Shown here piece after piece: positions 53,201-63,099 of a DNA stretch of 64,000 nucleotides; the first letter of the stretch is position 1; every line of letters begins with the position of its first letter. The stretch is from a virus: positions 1-64,000 of IMG/VR virus record IMGVR_UViG_3300048850_000068; one strand, 5' to 3'. The position numbers and the translations under genes were made by a program. The notes under the pieces were generated by a model. It saw only the letters and a list, made by a program, of their open reading frames with translations. It made no database searches and was not told where the DNA came from.

Positions 53201-55515
53201 CACACGAAGCGTGCGTCGCGGCCGGCGAACTCCGTCGAGGAGCCGCGGCCATAGAGCTCGAGGTGCGACACGTAAGGAGCGCCCGCTCCTTCCCAGCCGC
53301 GCGCATTGAATTCCAGGGCAGCCGGAGACGAGGTCTTCGAGGTGCGCGACACCGCCGACACGTAGAAGATCCACTTGCCGGCCGCGGCGTCCTCGATGTC
53401 GAGCGAGGTCGAGGCGACCTGGCCGAAGCTCACGAAGCCGTCGCGGGGCGACTGGGCCGAGATCAGGTAACCGGCAGCCATGAAGTCGTCGGACGGGGTC
53501 CAGGACAGCGAGATCCGGCTCTTGGCCTGGCCGTTGCGCCAGTAGAGGCTTTCGACCGCGGTCAGGTTGGTCGGCGCCTTGATCAGGTCTTGCGGCCGCG
53601 TGTAGGGGATTTGCGGCAGCTTGATATCGAGTTCGACGCGGGCATACTTGGTCGGGTCGTTGAACAGCGCCGTGATCTTGAACAGGTGCTTGTCCGTCTC
53701 GGTGACCGACATGACGCGGAAGCGCCGCGGGGCGACGTCGGTGCCGGTGATCACCCATTGCGCGCCCTTGACCGCAACCTGCGGGAACGACAGGGCGGTG
53801 CGGATCTCGGTGTAGCCACCGTCGGCGTCGGGCAGGTCCCAGGCCGCGATGGCACGGCTCTCCACCTTGCCGTCGGGCATGACCACGTAGAGCACGTAGG
53901 ATTCGCCGGGCTTCGGGATGAAACCCTTGTCGAGGGTGAAGCGGTTGCCCGTGGCCGTGAGAAGACGCCCGCCGAGGCGCACCTGCGCCTTCTTCGGGTC
54001 GGCAATGAGCACGATCTGCCCGGGCTTCAGGTCCGCCTGGTCCCAGGATGCTTCCCACTCGGCGGTTTCGGTCTCGTGCTGCTCGGTGTCGAGCGCCCAC
54101 TTGCCGTAGCGGTGCGCCTGGCCGCGGCTGGTGCATCCCACCGCCTGCATTTCGAGCGGACGATAGCCGAACTTGGCGAGCTGCTCGGCATTCTCGACGT
54201 ATTCGATCGCCGAGCGGTAATGATCCGTCGGATCGTTCCAGCCGACGAGCGCCACGGAATGCCGGGCCTTCATCGACGTGCCGGAATACTTGAAGTGCCC
54301 GCCGATGACGTTCGAGGGCGTGATCAGCTTGACCGGGTCCTGCGGCATGTCGGCCGAGGCGTAGACCTGCCCATAGGACCAATAGGCCATACCGCGGAAG
54401 GCGGTCGTGACGGTCTGCAACACCTTGTAAGCGTCGTCCCTCGTGTTGATGACGCCGTTGAAGGTGAAGCGCGGCTCCATGATGTTGGAACCGTCCGGGT
54501 TGTGATAGCCCGACGGCACCTTCTGGTCGCAGTATTGCGCGATCTGATAGAGCGACCACTTGTCGACCTTGGTCGCGTCGATGAACTCGCCCAGCCCGTA
54601 GCGGTCGTTGGTCAGGAGATCATACAGAACCCAGGCCGGGTTGTTCGACCAGACGCGCTTGAACGAGCCGTCCCAGATGCCCGAGTATTCGCGGGTGATC
54701 GGGTTGTAGTTGGTCGGGACCAGAATGCGCAGGCCCTTGATGTGATAGGAGCGCTCCGGGATGTTCGAGCCAAACTGCTCGGCGTCGAGCTCCATCGCCA
54801 CAAGGGCGGTGTTCGGATACGAGAACTTGCCCTCGGTGAGGATCGTGTAGCTCTCCCACCAGGTTTCGTTCTGGAGCTCGACCTTTTCGGAATCGGGCGT
54901 GCGCCGGCGCACGCGCAGGTTCCAGACGCCATCGACGGAATCCGGCAGCTCGACGCGGTGCGCCTTCTGGTAGGGCGAGGTGGTCTTCTGGTTGGTGATG
55001 TCGACCTTGACCTTCTCGACCCAGGATGCGCCCGGCACCTGAACGTCGATCGAATAGGACACGGACGCGCCCTTGAGCGTGCCCTCGTCGTCCTGCTCGG
55101 CGAGCGCGGGAATGCGGATGATGAAGCGCACCGCATCGGCGTTGCGGTCGTTGATCTGGCGGATCGGCGCAGTCTCGTTGAACTTCACCTCGGTCTCGAC
55201 CTGGACCGGCTGTTCGGTCATGGTGAAGTTCTTGAGGTAGTCCTGATCGGCCAGGCCGTAGCGAACCTGACGCGACACGCCCTTGAAATTGAACGAGCCG
55301 TTGGGGTTCTCGACCGGCGTGGTGTCGAAATAGATCCACTGCAGACCGTCCTTGGCCGGCCCCTCGATGCGACCCTCGCCCAGGATCTCGATCAGGCGTG
55401 CCTTTGCCTTCGAGCGCAGGGTGTTGTCAGCCTCTTCGGCTCCCCCTCCGCCCATCTTGCCGCCGCCACCGCCCGAGCCGCTGATGCCCTCAAGCTGATC
55501 GAAAAAGTCACGCAT
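50266..55515 (-). CDS. Tail tip / host-specificity protein J-like (FN3 domains)
   Basis: EGRIEG, YPNTAL, WSNNPAW, EPRFTFNG, GCTSRGQA.R.GKW. Confidence 0.92.
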   Translation of the reverse strand: MRDFFDQLEGISGSGGGGGKMGGGGAEEADNTLRSKAKARLIEILGEGRIEGPAKDGLQWIYFDTTPVENPNGSFNFKGVSRQVRYGLADQDYLKNFTMTEQPVQVETEVKFNETAPIRQINDRNADAVRFIIRIPALAEQDDEGTLKGASVSYSIDVQVPGASWVEKVKVDITNQKTTSPYQKAHRVELPDSVDGVWNLRVRRRTPDSEKVELQNETWWESYTILTEGKFSYPNTALVAMELDAEQFGSNIPERSYHIKGLRILVPTNYNPITREYSGIWDGSFKRVWSNNPAWVLYDLLTNDRYGLGEFIDATKVDKWSLYQIAQYCDQKVPSGYHNPDGSNIMEPRFTFNGVINTRDDAYKVLQTVTTAFRGMAYWSYGQVYASADMPQDPVKLITPSNVIGGHFKYSGTSMKARHSVALVGWNDPTDHYRSAIEYVENAEQLAKFGYRPLEMQAVGCTSRGQAHRYGKWALDTEQHETETAEWEASWDQADLKPGQIVLIADPKKAQVRLGGRLLTATGNRFTLDKGFIPKPGESYVLYVVMPDGKVESRAIAAWDLPDADGGYTEIRTALSFPQVAVKGAQWVITGTDVAPRRFRVMSVTETDKHLFKITALFNDPTKYARVELDIKLPQIPYTRPQDLIKAPTNLTAVESLYWRNGQAKSRISLSWTPSDDFMAAGYLISAQSPRDGFVSFGQVASTSLDIEDAAAGKWIFYVSAVSRTSKTSSPAALEFNARGWEGAGAPYVSHLELYGRGSSTEFAGRDARFVWRNNFPGSSYETGTGTAGAGNVNPFYRDNVIRVFDVETGRLVRTEAILTNDYTYSFDKNVQDFRTIGKSAQRKFRFEVTVRDTLGRESSPAVLTVENPVPDLIIPKLWTNNSGALYVDYPFPDDLDFAGGLVWASRAPNFDPYATSPVYDGPNNFVSIPLEEFATYYIRFAAYDSFGKVGLNISPEVEMTMSGIVVDNTPPAIPTGLALASKVERASDGVISATLTATWAKSPSENFSTFEVEIKRGAGDWIGFVTSGDPKAENATYVWSGLALNETYTVRVKARSRNGVASGYSTEVSHKTPLNTVKPGAPTNLTATASLKSAYLKWANPSDPDLSVVEIWSSTTNNIADALLVGTSAGIAFTHAGIATNVTRYYWVRSVNTSALQSNFSAVASVTPGQVAEGDIAANAITADKIQAGAIEGEHLNINTSLPPTITIGKTGVSIGATTEPGKLINSQTTKIDPGQILIAGDVSLASWRDGTDLTKIRGGSIAANSISANQLEVGLRGITVSGLQFSYNKETNQVSWSSGTIEYIGDDGKMKVDAISASSKTWAAGTVIYFVWTRGTTALSTPTTPPAGADQIILGTYRGGVDLNMTYGRTMIDGNQIRTGSLTADLVAAGEFITDKAQIKGGIIENTHLAGYITFDKLAGGTLSAADKIRVGGDRFVLWAPGQNLNIYDAQPIGVLPGELSAGRLRVRLGKLGEGTTDYGLQMFDANGTYIFGTGGFGASVIPNHAIASLDTSKLSGSIDKSRTTGFGAMSAVDYIGAHNIGTYIAGAAIGNAYIADLHGDKIHVNSLHGNRIQAESITADKVTTGVLITRSAQIGHAVIDEANIGVATIGTLRLKNSAISTMAAVSGRADSRAGSGIAVNVYCRQGGKCVVIASHAGGQVNGTNPGVTTFNLYVDNVLQSGSMVASSATVTYTNVYGENISTTFIYPITHQWIINNPNEETKTFRLHCPNSDRAMGAVMTVLEFAR

Positions 55516-56172
55516 TTAAGCTGCCACCTTGTAAGAGCCGATGTCCTCGATATCGATGCCGGCGGATGCCGGGATGGAGCCGGTGATGACCTCGCCGTAG
55601 ACCAGCGGCACGGCGCTTCCCTGCTCGTTCATGTTGACGGGTCCGGAGAAGGCGAAGCTCTCGTCCTTGCTCTCGTCCTTGGGCTCTTCCTTGGGTGCGA
55701 GCATTTGGCTGACGCCAGCGAGCGTCATCGCCATGCCGAACATCGCAATGTTGCCCCAGGTGATGCTCATGGGACCGATCGAGAACGCGGTCTGTCCGAG
55801 GCCTGCGACCAGTCCGCCGGCAGCACCCGCCGACATGAAGACCGCAACGCCGATCAGCGCCACGCCAAGCACTGCCTTGAGCGCTCCACCGCCGCCCTTA
55901 CCACCGCCCTGTGCCGAGCCTTCAGCGACCGGGACCAGGTGCAGATCCGCATTGCCGACATTGAAGGTGTTCACGATCTCCAGATCGATGTGCATGCCGG
56001 TCTTCCGCTTGCCGCGGACGATCTGATACGAACCGATCTCGAGCGCCTTCAGGAACTCGGTGCCGAAATTGGCATAGAGCGCGCGAATGGCTTCGCCCGC
56101 GGTCTGAACGTCGAACGAGAACTCGGCCCCGAACTTCTTGCGAAGATGGCCGTGCAGAATGACCTTACGCAT
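55516..56172 (-). CDS. Tail assembly protein I-like
   Basis: V.LHG.L...FG, FSGPVN..EQG..VPLVYGE. Confidence 0.85.
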   Translation of the reverse strand: MRKVILHGHLRKKFGAEFSFDVQTAGEAIRALYANFGTEFLKALEIGSYQIVRGKRKTGMHIDLEIVNTFNVGNADLHLVPVAEGSAQGGGKGGGGALKAVLGVALIGVAVFMSAGAAGGLVAGLGQTAFSIGPMSITWGNIAMFGMAMTLAGVSQMLAPKEEPKDESKDESFAFSGPVNMNEQGSAVPLVYGEVITGSIPASAGIDIEDIGSYKVAA

Positions 56173-56947
56173 CTTGATTGAGCTCCGGATGACGCACCCA
56201 CATGTCCGCCCCGTGGGCCCAGACGCCGGCAGGCTCGCGCCGGCTCAGCCGGTTCGGCAGGTGGTGCAAAATCATGTCGCCCTCGAGCAGGATTCCCGCG
56301 TGGCTCGGAACCGGCGAACCCGGAAGGGCAATGAGAAAGCAATCGCCGGGCTTCGCCACGCTTGCGCTGATGCGCTGAAAACCCAGCTTCTTGAGCCAGT
56401 CGCCGTAGAGATCCTGACCCTTGGTCCAGTAGGCGTCTTCGCGCGGCACGGCCGGCAGGCTCTTGCCGAAATGCTCCTGGAAGGCATCGCGCACGAGGCT
56501 GTAGCAATCGAACACACCCCAGACGAACGGGCGCTCGAGAAGCGGCGCGCGGGGCAGCGTGTCGCCCCAGATCACCAGCTCTTCAGCAGCCTCGGTCTCG
56601 CCGGTATGCGTGTCGTGATTGACCACGACGATGATCCACGGCAGATCCGTGGTGATCTGGCCGCGCATGTCGTTCTCGGACGGATACATCGGGCCGTTCG
56701 GGTGCGAGTGCACGATCGCCTCGACCTTGCGGCCGCTCTCGCTGAGACTGATCAGCGTCTCAGGGGCGATCTTGAAATCGGTCTCGGGGTTGAGCGCGTA
56801 ATTGAAGCAGGGAATGTATTGTCCGTCGGCAATGACCCCGCAGCTTTCCTTGGGGAATTGCTCGACCGCGTGCTGACGCGCAGCCAAGAGCGCAGAGGGA
56901 TTGAACAGGGCGCGCACCTCGCCCTTCCATTGTGCGAAGTCGCTCAT
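56165..56947 (-). CDS. Tail assembly protein K-like (JAB + NlpC/P60)
   Basis: PKESCG, HSHP....PSEND, DCYSLVRD, HAGI, ILHH. Confidence 0.88.
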   Translation of the reverse strand: MSDFAQWKGEVRALFNPSALLAARQHAVEQFPKESCGVIADGQYIPCFNYALNPETDFKIAPETLISLSESGRKVEAIVHSHPNGPMYPSENDMRGQITTDLPWIIVVVNHDTHTGETEAAEELVIWGDTLPRAPLLERPFVWGVFDCYSLVRDAFQEHFGKSLPAVPREDAYWTKGQDLYGDWLKKLGFQRISASVAKPGDCFLIALPGSPVPSHAGILLEGDMILHHLPNRLSRREPAGVWAHGADMWVRHPELNQDA

Positions 56948-57690
56948 GACAGACGAACCCTTGCCACGCCCGGGAATGCGCCGAACGGCTTGGTTGCGCC
57001 CTCGCCATAGCGAGCCTCGCAGCCGTCGAGCTGATGGTTGCACACGTCCTTGTCGATGGTCGTGGGCTTGTTGAAACGGTCGAAATACTTGCCGCCCGTG
57101 TAGGGGCACGCCGTGGTGCCGGTGTGATAGACCTGGCGCGCCGGGGTGACCAAGCGGCCGAGCGCGTCATAGACGGCCGGCTCCCAGCGCCGATAGCGCC
57201 ACTGACAGGTGTCGCGCAGGATCACGCGGCCCGGAAGCTTGCGGCCCTCCTGGTCGATCGAGGCGGACAGCTCCCATTCGATGAAGATCGGGTTCTCGTC
57301 AGCCTTGCGCTCGACGCGGAAGCGGTCAGGGCCGAAATACGCGGTCGGATCAGCCTCAGCCTCGCCGTCGAGGAAGCGCCGGAAGGTGCGCACGCGGGCC
57401 ACATCGCAGCCGAGCATGTCACCATAGGTGTTGACCATGCCCTGAATGACGCCGTTGCCGTTGGCGATGCGCATCTTCGGGGTCGGCAGCGCGCCGTTGC
57501 CATTGGTCTCGAAGTCGGAGAACTCGACATCGACCGGCGTGTAGTAGACGCCGCCGAAGGTCACGCCCTTGGTGTCATAGGCGCCCTGGCAGAAATAGTA
57601 GACCTGCCCGCCGATGCTGGTCGCATCAAGACGGAACAGGGTTACGATTTCGCCGGGATTTGGAGCCTGAACGACGGACTGTAGTGACAT
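56944..57690 (-). CDS. Minor tail protein L-like
   Basis: CQWRYR...C.Y.G...D.C...L.GC..R...PFGAFPG. Confidence 0.88.
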   Translation of the reverse strand: MSLQSVVQAPNPGEIVTLFRLDATSIGGQVYYFCQGAYDTKGVTFGGVYYTPVDVEFSDFETNGNGALPTPKMRIANGNGVIQGMVNTYGDMLGCDVARVRTFRRFLDGEAEADPTAYFGPDRFRVERKADENPIFIEWELSASIDQEGRKLPGRVILRDTCQWRYRRWEPAVYDALGRLVTPARQVYHTGTTACPYTGGKYFDRFNKPTTIDKDVCNHQLDGCEARYGEGATKPFGAFPGVARVRLS

Positions 57691-57717
57691 AAGAACCTTT
57701 TCGCTGAGTGCCTATGA

Positions 57718-57735
57718 TAAGTCAATACTGACTTA
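57718..57735. promoter_or_regulatory. 18-bp palindromic operator-like site
   Basis: TAAGTCAATACTGACTTA. Confidence 0.7.
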
Positions 57736-58089
57736 CTGTGCAACGTTAAATGAACGTCGGAACACGCACTTCACCTCGCGCAGACCGCCCTTCCCGCGCA
57801 CGTCGGAAATCTCCTTGCAGGTCCACCTGATCGGAGTGGTTTCGTCCGAGGGCGTGTAGAGGAAGGCGGTGTCACCGCCGTGGCGCCGAATGAAGTCGGT
57901 AATATACTTGGCGTGGACCGGGTGCAGCACATCCCATTGCAGCGTCAGCACGTCCCGGATGTGGTTCATGCCGTCGCGGGTGGTCTGGGTGTAGCCGTCG
58001 CCGAACTCCGCCTCGAGGAGCTTGAACTCGGGCACGTTCTCGGTGCCCGGGCTCGGTGGGACTGGCGGATTAAACGTCTCGTATGCCAT
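57733..58089 (-). CDS. Minor tail protein M-like
   Basis: FGDGYTQ...DG.N motif. Confidence 0.85.
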   Translation of the reverse strand: MAYETFNPPVPPSPGTENVPEFKLLEAEFGDGYTQTTRDGMNHIRDVLTLQWDVLHPVHAKYITDFIRRHGGDTAFLYTPSDETTPIRWTCKEISDVRGKGGLREVKCVFRRSFNVAQ

Positions 58090-58102
58090 TCTCTCGTTCT
58101 CC

Positions 58103-61100
58103 TTAGCGCCGCAGCATGCCGCCCGGGCGCATTTGCTGCCGGATTTCCTGGCCCACCATGGCCTTTGCGGCTTCCTGGACCTTCTTGCCGATCATGTCGG
58201 CGAGCTTCTCGTCCTGCTTCTGGTTGCCGGAGGAGCCGCCCGAGACATTCACGTTGATGTTCTGCTGCACCTGGTTGCCGCCGACGCCACCGCCGAGAGC
58301 CTTCATCTGCTCAGGGGTGAACACGCCCTCGCCCTTCTTGAGCACGGCCGGCACCTCGTCAGAACCGATGATCCCGCCAGTGTGGAACTTGGGCAGGGCC
58401 GAAAGGTCGACGCCGACATTGCGGGTGAAGGTGTGCTCGGATCCGGCAATGCCGCCCGTGTGCAGCCCGAAGAGCTTCATGATCGACTTGCCGCCCGCCG
58501 CTCCCGCACCAGGCACGGCACCGCCCATCTTGCCGCCGGAACCCTTCGATCCGCCGAACATGCCGGAGAAGGCAGCCTTCAGGGCGATCTTGGTCATGTC
58601 GGCGATGATCGACTTGGCGAGCGAGGCGAAATCGGCCTTACCCGTGGTGATGAACTGAGCGAGCGCGTCGGCTGCCCCGTCCATCCAGCCGGTCATGGCC
58701 TGTTCCATGTTCTTGCCGAAGTTGCCCCACTCCTGCATCTGCTTGGCGAGCGGACCGGATGCCGACACCTGCTGGGCATAGGCCTGCTTCTTCGCCTGAA
58801 GCGTCTGCTCGATCTGGGCCCGGCGCTCGGCCGTGAGACCTTCCATCTGCAGCAGCGCCTCGAGGCGACGCAGTTCGGCCTGGTGCGTCTGCTCGCGCGC
58901 CTGCTCGGTGGTGAGAAGACCGCGCCTGACCGCCTCGACCTTCTCATTCTCGGTCATCAGGAACTCGCGCATCTCGCGGTCCCGCAGCGACGAGATATAG
59001 CGGGCGTTGTCCTCGAGGACCTGGCGTGCCTGAGCCTGCTGCGCCTCGTTGAAGGCGCCGGAGTTCAGACCCTTGTTGATCAGGTCGTTTTCACGCTCGC
59101 GGGACGCACGCTCCCGGTAGTAGCTGTCCGAGTATTCGAACCCGCCGCCTGCCTTCTCACGCCGGCGCAGCTCCGCCTCGCGCAGCTCGAGGTCTTCCAT
59201 GCGCGCCTTCGAGCCCGTCGAGGAGCGCTCAAGCTGGTCACGGAATTCCTTGTTCTTGCGCGCCTTCTTGTCGGCTTCGTCCCACTCCTTTGCGAGCGCG
59301 ATCAGCTCCTTATACTGTGCGGAGTTCGGGTCGACATTACCGGCAATGATCTTGCCTTCCTTGATCGACTTGACGATCGCCGTGTAGTTCTTGTCGAGCC
59401 CTTCGCTCTGCTGCGTCGCCTCGACGATCTCGCGCTTGACGCGCTCCATCTCGTCGGACAGGGCGTTCTTGCCGAGGATCTTATTGAGCTCCGCCTGCAG
59501 GCCCTTCAGATCCTCGATCTTGTCCTGCGCCCAACCCGGACCGGCCGGGGTGTCGCGCTTGGCGTCGTTCGGGTCGGTCGAGGGCTGAGCCGGGATCGCC
59601 GGACGCACGGGAGAACGTCCGTCGCGCCCACCACCGCCGTAGCCGAGATTGATGAAGGTATGCGCACCGATCTGCTTACCGGGCGTATGGCCCCAGCCGC
59701 CCGGCTGCATGGCCCGGTCGCCGCGCGAAAGCGACGTGGCCTTGTTCAGGAAGTGCGTCGCCCCGTTGGTGACGTCCTGGATCGTGCCGGCGAGCACGCC
59801 GTTGACGATATCGAGCGCCCGCTTGTATTCGTCAGACAGCGGGTTGATCGCGGCCATGCGGGCGCGACCCTCGGCGGTGTTCCAGGGCTCGAACTGCCAG
59901 GGCGCCTGAACGACCCCATCGAGGCTCTTCCCGGAGCTGTTGGCCCGGTTGCGGATCACTTCCGCCACAGCCTGCATGCCGACGTCGCCCTGATTGCGAG
60001 CTTCCGCCAGCACCGTGCGCACCACGCGGTCGATCTCGCCGGCGCCGACCTGGCCGGAATAGGGCGTGCCCGATCCCATCTGGATCTTGCCGTTGGCGTC
60101 GATCGAGACATTGGCCGCATTGTCGGCAACCAAGCCGAAGGCCTGACCGATCTGCTGCACCACGCCGAGGAAGGTCTGGGCGCTGGACAGCACCGTGCCG
60201 CCAAAGACGTCGCGGATCGCAGCACCGGCGCGGCCGGCTTCCGTCGTGGTCTGGGTGAAAGCGGTCTTGACGCCGGTGATCGTGCGCTGCATCGGGGTAG
60301 ACCCGAAGTCGCTTTCCAGCATGCCCTTATACTTGAGGATCAGCTTGTCGACCTCGGACGAGCCGCGGTTCTGAGCCTCGAAGATATCGTTCTGAAGCTT
60401 GCGCTTCAGGTTGGCGGCATCGCGCTCGAAATCGGTGCGGCCGTCGAGCGCCTTCTTGGTCGCGTCGATCTGTTCCTGGACCTCAAGGAGCTGCTCGACC
60501 GTCTCGGCAATCTTCCTGTTGTCGAGCGGGCCATACTTCTGCATCTCCATGAGCTCGAAGCGCAGCTTCTCAGCCTCGCTCGAGGCGCCGGCGAGTTCAG
60601 CCCGGTTGCCGGCGAGCTCCGCCTTCATGCGGTTGAGAGCGGTCGCGGCCTTCTGGTAGAGCTTTTCCTCGTCCTGGGCCTTGGCCGACATCGGCGTGCC
60701 CTTCTCGAGGGCGCGCAAGGCATCGGCCGACTGGCGCATCTGCGCGATCCGGCGGGTGATGATCTCCTGCGTGGCCGTCATCGCAGCCTTTTCGGCCGCG
60801 CTGATCTCACCCATGGCGCCGCTTGCCGCCTGGACCTGGGCTTCCCAGTAGCTTTCCAGCTCGCGGATGGAATCCTCGTAGAACCGGAGCTGACGCGAGC
60901 GGGTGTCGTTGCGATACTCTTCCTCGAGGTCGACAATCGACTGCCCGGCCTTGATCGCCGCGTTGCGCTTACTCTCATACTGCTTGGAGAAGGCCACGAA
61001 CTCCTGGTCGTAGCTCTTCTGGATCGAGGCCTGGCGCTTCTGGATCTCAGCTTCGATCGCCTCGGTCTGCTTGCGCCCTTCCGCTTCCTCGGCCTTGGCG

Positions 61101-62683
61101 CCGAAATCAGCGAATTGACGCTCCATTTCATCGAGCTTCTTGCGCTCGTTGGCGATCTGATCAACGAGAGAATCGCCGATGCCGAAGATCGCCGACTTAC
61201 CAGCGCGGTCCTTGCCGACCATCTTCTGCTGATAGGCGAGATCAGCCTCGAGGAGACGCAGCTTCTCGCGCTGCTGCTCCAGGAACGGCTGAGCGTCCTG
61301 CACGGCCTTGCGGCTCGAGGCGCCATACTTCTCAAGGTTCTCCCAGGCGTCCCGGGTCTTGTCGGAGAACAACCCGAGGGCATTGCCGGTAAGCAGCACC
61401 GCGCCGGCAACCAAAGGCAGCCAGGGCGCAATGGTAGACAGGCTCACGGAGAGAAGACCAACAGCCGTTGTCGCGCTTCGCAACGTGGTAGCGAGCGCGG
61501 TCGAGCCCATGATCCAAGGCTGCATAGGGCCATGTGCGCCCACGGCATTTCGTCCAGCCCACGCCATGAAGCCGGTCTGGAAGGCCTGCACCTGCAGAGA
61601 GGCAAGACGCATGCTCGTGGTGAGCTGACCCACCATCGAGATCATGCCCTGAAGACCCGCCATCGCAAGTCGCCCACCGAAGGCAACCGCCATGACCTGC
61701 CCGGCGAGGATCAGTTCGTCCTTGTATTCGATGATGGCGTTGACCGCCATCCGGACGTAACCAATCGCCGCGGTGAGCCCATTGCCGACGCTCTGAGCGA
61801 AGGCCGAGGCCTGCGGCGTGGACAGCACGCGGTTGAAGTCCTCGAGCTGCTTCTTGATCGCATCGAAATAGCCGGTCTGCCCAACCTTGATGGCAAAGTC
61901 CTGCAGGCCCGTGCGGGTGCGGTTGAGCAAGCCGTTGAAGGTGTTCATCTGGGCTTCAGCCGCGCCACCGAAGGTGCGGTCGAGTTCGAGCCGGAGCGCT
62001 TCGAGCGCGGGCTTGGCCTGCACCGTGCCGGTCGCAATATCCTGGGCCAACTGAGCGTAGGTGGTGCCGAGCGCGCGGGCCAGGAGCTCGGTGGCGCGGG
62101 GAACCGCTTCACCCAACTGCTGCCGCAGCTCTTCCATCTGAATGACGCCCTTGCCCGCCATCTGCGAGATCGCGAGCGAGGCACGGTTGAGCTGATCTTC
62201 GGTGCCGCCCGCGGCCGCAACGGAATCGACCAGCGCCTTCATCGAGCCGGCCATCGGGTCGATACCCGTGGTCTTCATCTTGACGAAGACGTTGGTCAGG
62301 GCTGCGAGCGAATAGGGTGCGTTCTTGGCGCTCTCGCGCAGATATTCGATCTGGCGGGTGGCGTCGCGGATCGGGTCGGCTGCCTGAGACATGCCGGCAA
62401 GGAGCGTCTTCATACGCTCCATCTCGGCATTCACCTGGACGATTTGGCCGGCCCAGCCGGTCATGAGACCCTGGACGTTGTTGATCGCGGCGCCGAACAG
62501 GCCTGCAACCACGGTGACGTCGCGCAAGGTGCCGAGGAAGTCGCGGGAGCTCTCGTTGAGCTGCCGGACAGAGGTCATCCCCTGCCCGACATTGCGCTGA
62601 AACTGGCGAACGGTTTCGCCGGCATGCAGCATCCGGGTCGTGAAGGACCCATCAACAAGTTCTAGCTCAACCCGGATTGCCAT
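58103..62683 (-). CDS. Tape measure protein with internal SleB-like cell-wall hydrolase domain
   Basis: QMAGKGVIQMEELRQQLGE tape-measure motif; AEARNQ..GMQAVAEVIRNR...QFEPWN...GATHF; C-terminal RPGGML. Confidence 0.9.
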   Translation of the reverse strand: MAIRVELELVDGSFTTRMLHAGETVRQFQRNVGQGMTSVRQLNESSRDFLGTLRDVTVVAGLFGAAINNVQGLMTGWAGQIVQVNAEMERMKTLLAGMSQAADPIRDATRQIEYLRESAKNAPYSLAALTNVFVKMKTTGIDPMAGSMKALVDSVAAAGGTEDQLNRASLAISQMAGKGVIQMEELRQQLGEAVPRATELLARALGTTYAQLAQDIATGTVQAKPALEALRLELDRTFGGAAEAQMNTFNGLLNRTRTGLQDFAIKVGQTGYFDAIKKQLEDFNRVLSTPQASAFAQSVGNGLTAAIGYVRMAVNAIIEYKDELILAGQVMAVAFGGRLAMAGLQGMISMVGQLTTSMRLASLQVQAFQTGFMAWAGRNAVGAHGPMQPWIMGSTALATTLRSATTAVGLLSVSLSTIAPWLPLVAGAVLLTGNALGLFSDKTRDAWENLEKYGASSRKAVQDAQPFLEQQREKLRLLEADLAYQQKMVGKDRAGKSAIFGIGDSLVDQIANERKKLDEMERQFADFGAKAEEAEGRKQTEAIEAEIQKRQASIQKSYDQEFVAFSKQYESKRNAAIKAGQSIVDLEEEYRNDTRSRQLRFYEDSIRELESYWEAQVQAASGAMGEISAAEKAAMTATQEIITRRIAQMRQSADALRALEKGTPMSAKAQDEEKLYQKAATALNRMKAELAGNRAELAGASSEAEKLRFELMEMQKYGPLDNRKIAETVEQLLEVQEQIDATKKALDGRTDFERDAANLKRKLQNDIFEAQNRGSSEVDKLILKYKGMLESDFGSTPMQRTITGVKTAFTQTTTEAGRAGAAIRDVFGGTVLSSAQTFLGVVQQIGQAFGLVADNAANVSIDANGKIQMGSGTPYSGQVGAGEIDRVVRTVLAEARNQGDVGMQAVAEVIRNRANSSGKSLDGVVQAPWQFEPWNTAEGRARMAAINPLSDEYKRALDIVNGVLAGTIQDVTNGATHFLNKATSLSRGDRAMQPGGWGHTPGKQIGAHTFINLGYGGGGRDGRSPVRPAIPAQPSTDPNDAKRDTPAGPGWAQDKIEDLKGLQAELNKILGKNALSDEMERVKREIVEATQQSEGLDKNYTAIVKSIKEGKIIAGNVDPNSAQYKELIALAKEWDEADKKARKNKEFRDQLERSSTGSKARMEDLELREAELRRREKAGGGFEYSDSYYRERASRERENDLINKGLNSGAFNEAQQAQARQVLEDNARYISSLRDREMREFLMTENEKVEAVRRGLLTTEQAREQTHQAELRRLEALLQMEGLTAERRAQIEQTLQAKKQAYAQQVSASGPLAKQMQEWGNFGKNMEQAMTGWMDGAADALAQFITTGKADFASLAKSIIADMTKIALKAAFSGMFGGSKGSGGKMGGAVPGAGAAGGKSIMKLFGLHTGGIAGSEHTFTRNVGVDLSALPKFHTGGIIGSDEVPAVLKKGEGVFTPEQMKALGGGVGGNQVQQNINVNVSGGSSGNQKQDEKLADMIGKKVQEAAKAMVGQEIRQQMRPGGMLRR

Positions 62684-62701
62684 TGACGTCCTGTCCTTAA
62701 G

Positions 62702-62719
62702 TAAGTCAGTTATGACTTA
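62702..62719. promoter_or_regulatory. 18-bp palindromic operator-like site
   Basis: TAAGTCAGTTATGACTTA. Confidence 0.7.
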
Positions 62720-62733
62720 CTATTGTAATCATG

Positions 62734-63099
62734 TTAGCTCCACTTTCCCATCCCTTTCAGAGCCATCAGGCCGTCGCGGTCGCGTTCGGCTTCCGCCTGG
62801 GCGATCTGCTGCTGCGCCAGTGCCTCCTCGTCGTAGACAACCACATCACCGATGGTCTTGCGGCTGTTCTCGAGAAAGGCGTCGTGGCCCTTCTCCGACT
62901 GGGATGCGACCAGCACCATCAACTGCCGCTGGTCCTCTTCCGAGGCCAGGCGATCGATGTTCCGGTTGAGCAGCCAGAAATGCTTGATGGGTGTCTTCAG
63001 GACCGCCTTGAAGTCCTGAAAACCGTAGAAGCGAAAAACGCGGGTAACGAGATAGCCAAAATCGATGGCTTTCAGGGCCCCGCCTACTGAGGGTTTTCC
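62734..63099 (-). CDS. Tail assembly chaperone T portion (read via -1 frameshift from G)
   Basis: The -1 frame after GGAAAAC reads KPSVGGALKAIDFGYLVTRVFRFYG...FWLLNRNIDRL...LMVLVASQ, continuous with ORF 62734-62922. Confidence 0.7.
   Translation of the reverse strand, partial: GKPSVGGALKAIDFGYLVTRVFRFYGFQDFKAVLKTPIKHFWLLNRNIDRLASEEDQRQLMVLVASQSEKGHDAFLENSRKTIGDVVVYDEEALAQQQIAQAEAERDRDGLMALKGMGKWS

Noticed and set aside
52108-56181. 1357-aa plus-strand ORF
   Set aside because: Antisense shadow of the J/I tail genes caused by high GC3; no motifs and no SD.
58022-62665. 1547-aa plus-strand ORF
   Set aside because: Antisense shadow of the tape measure gene.
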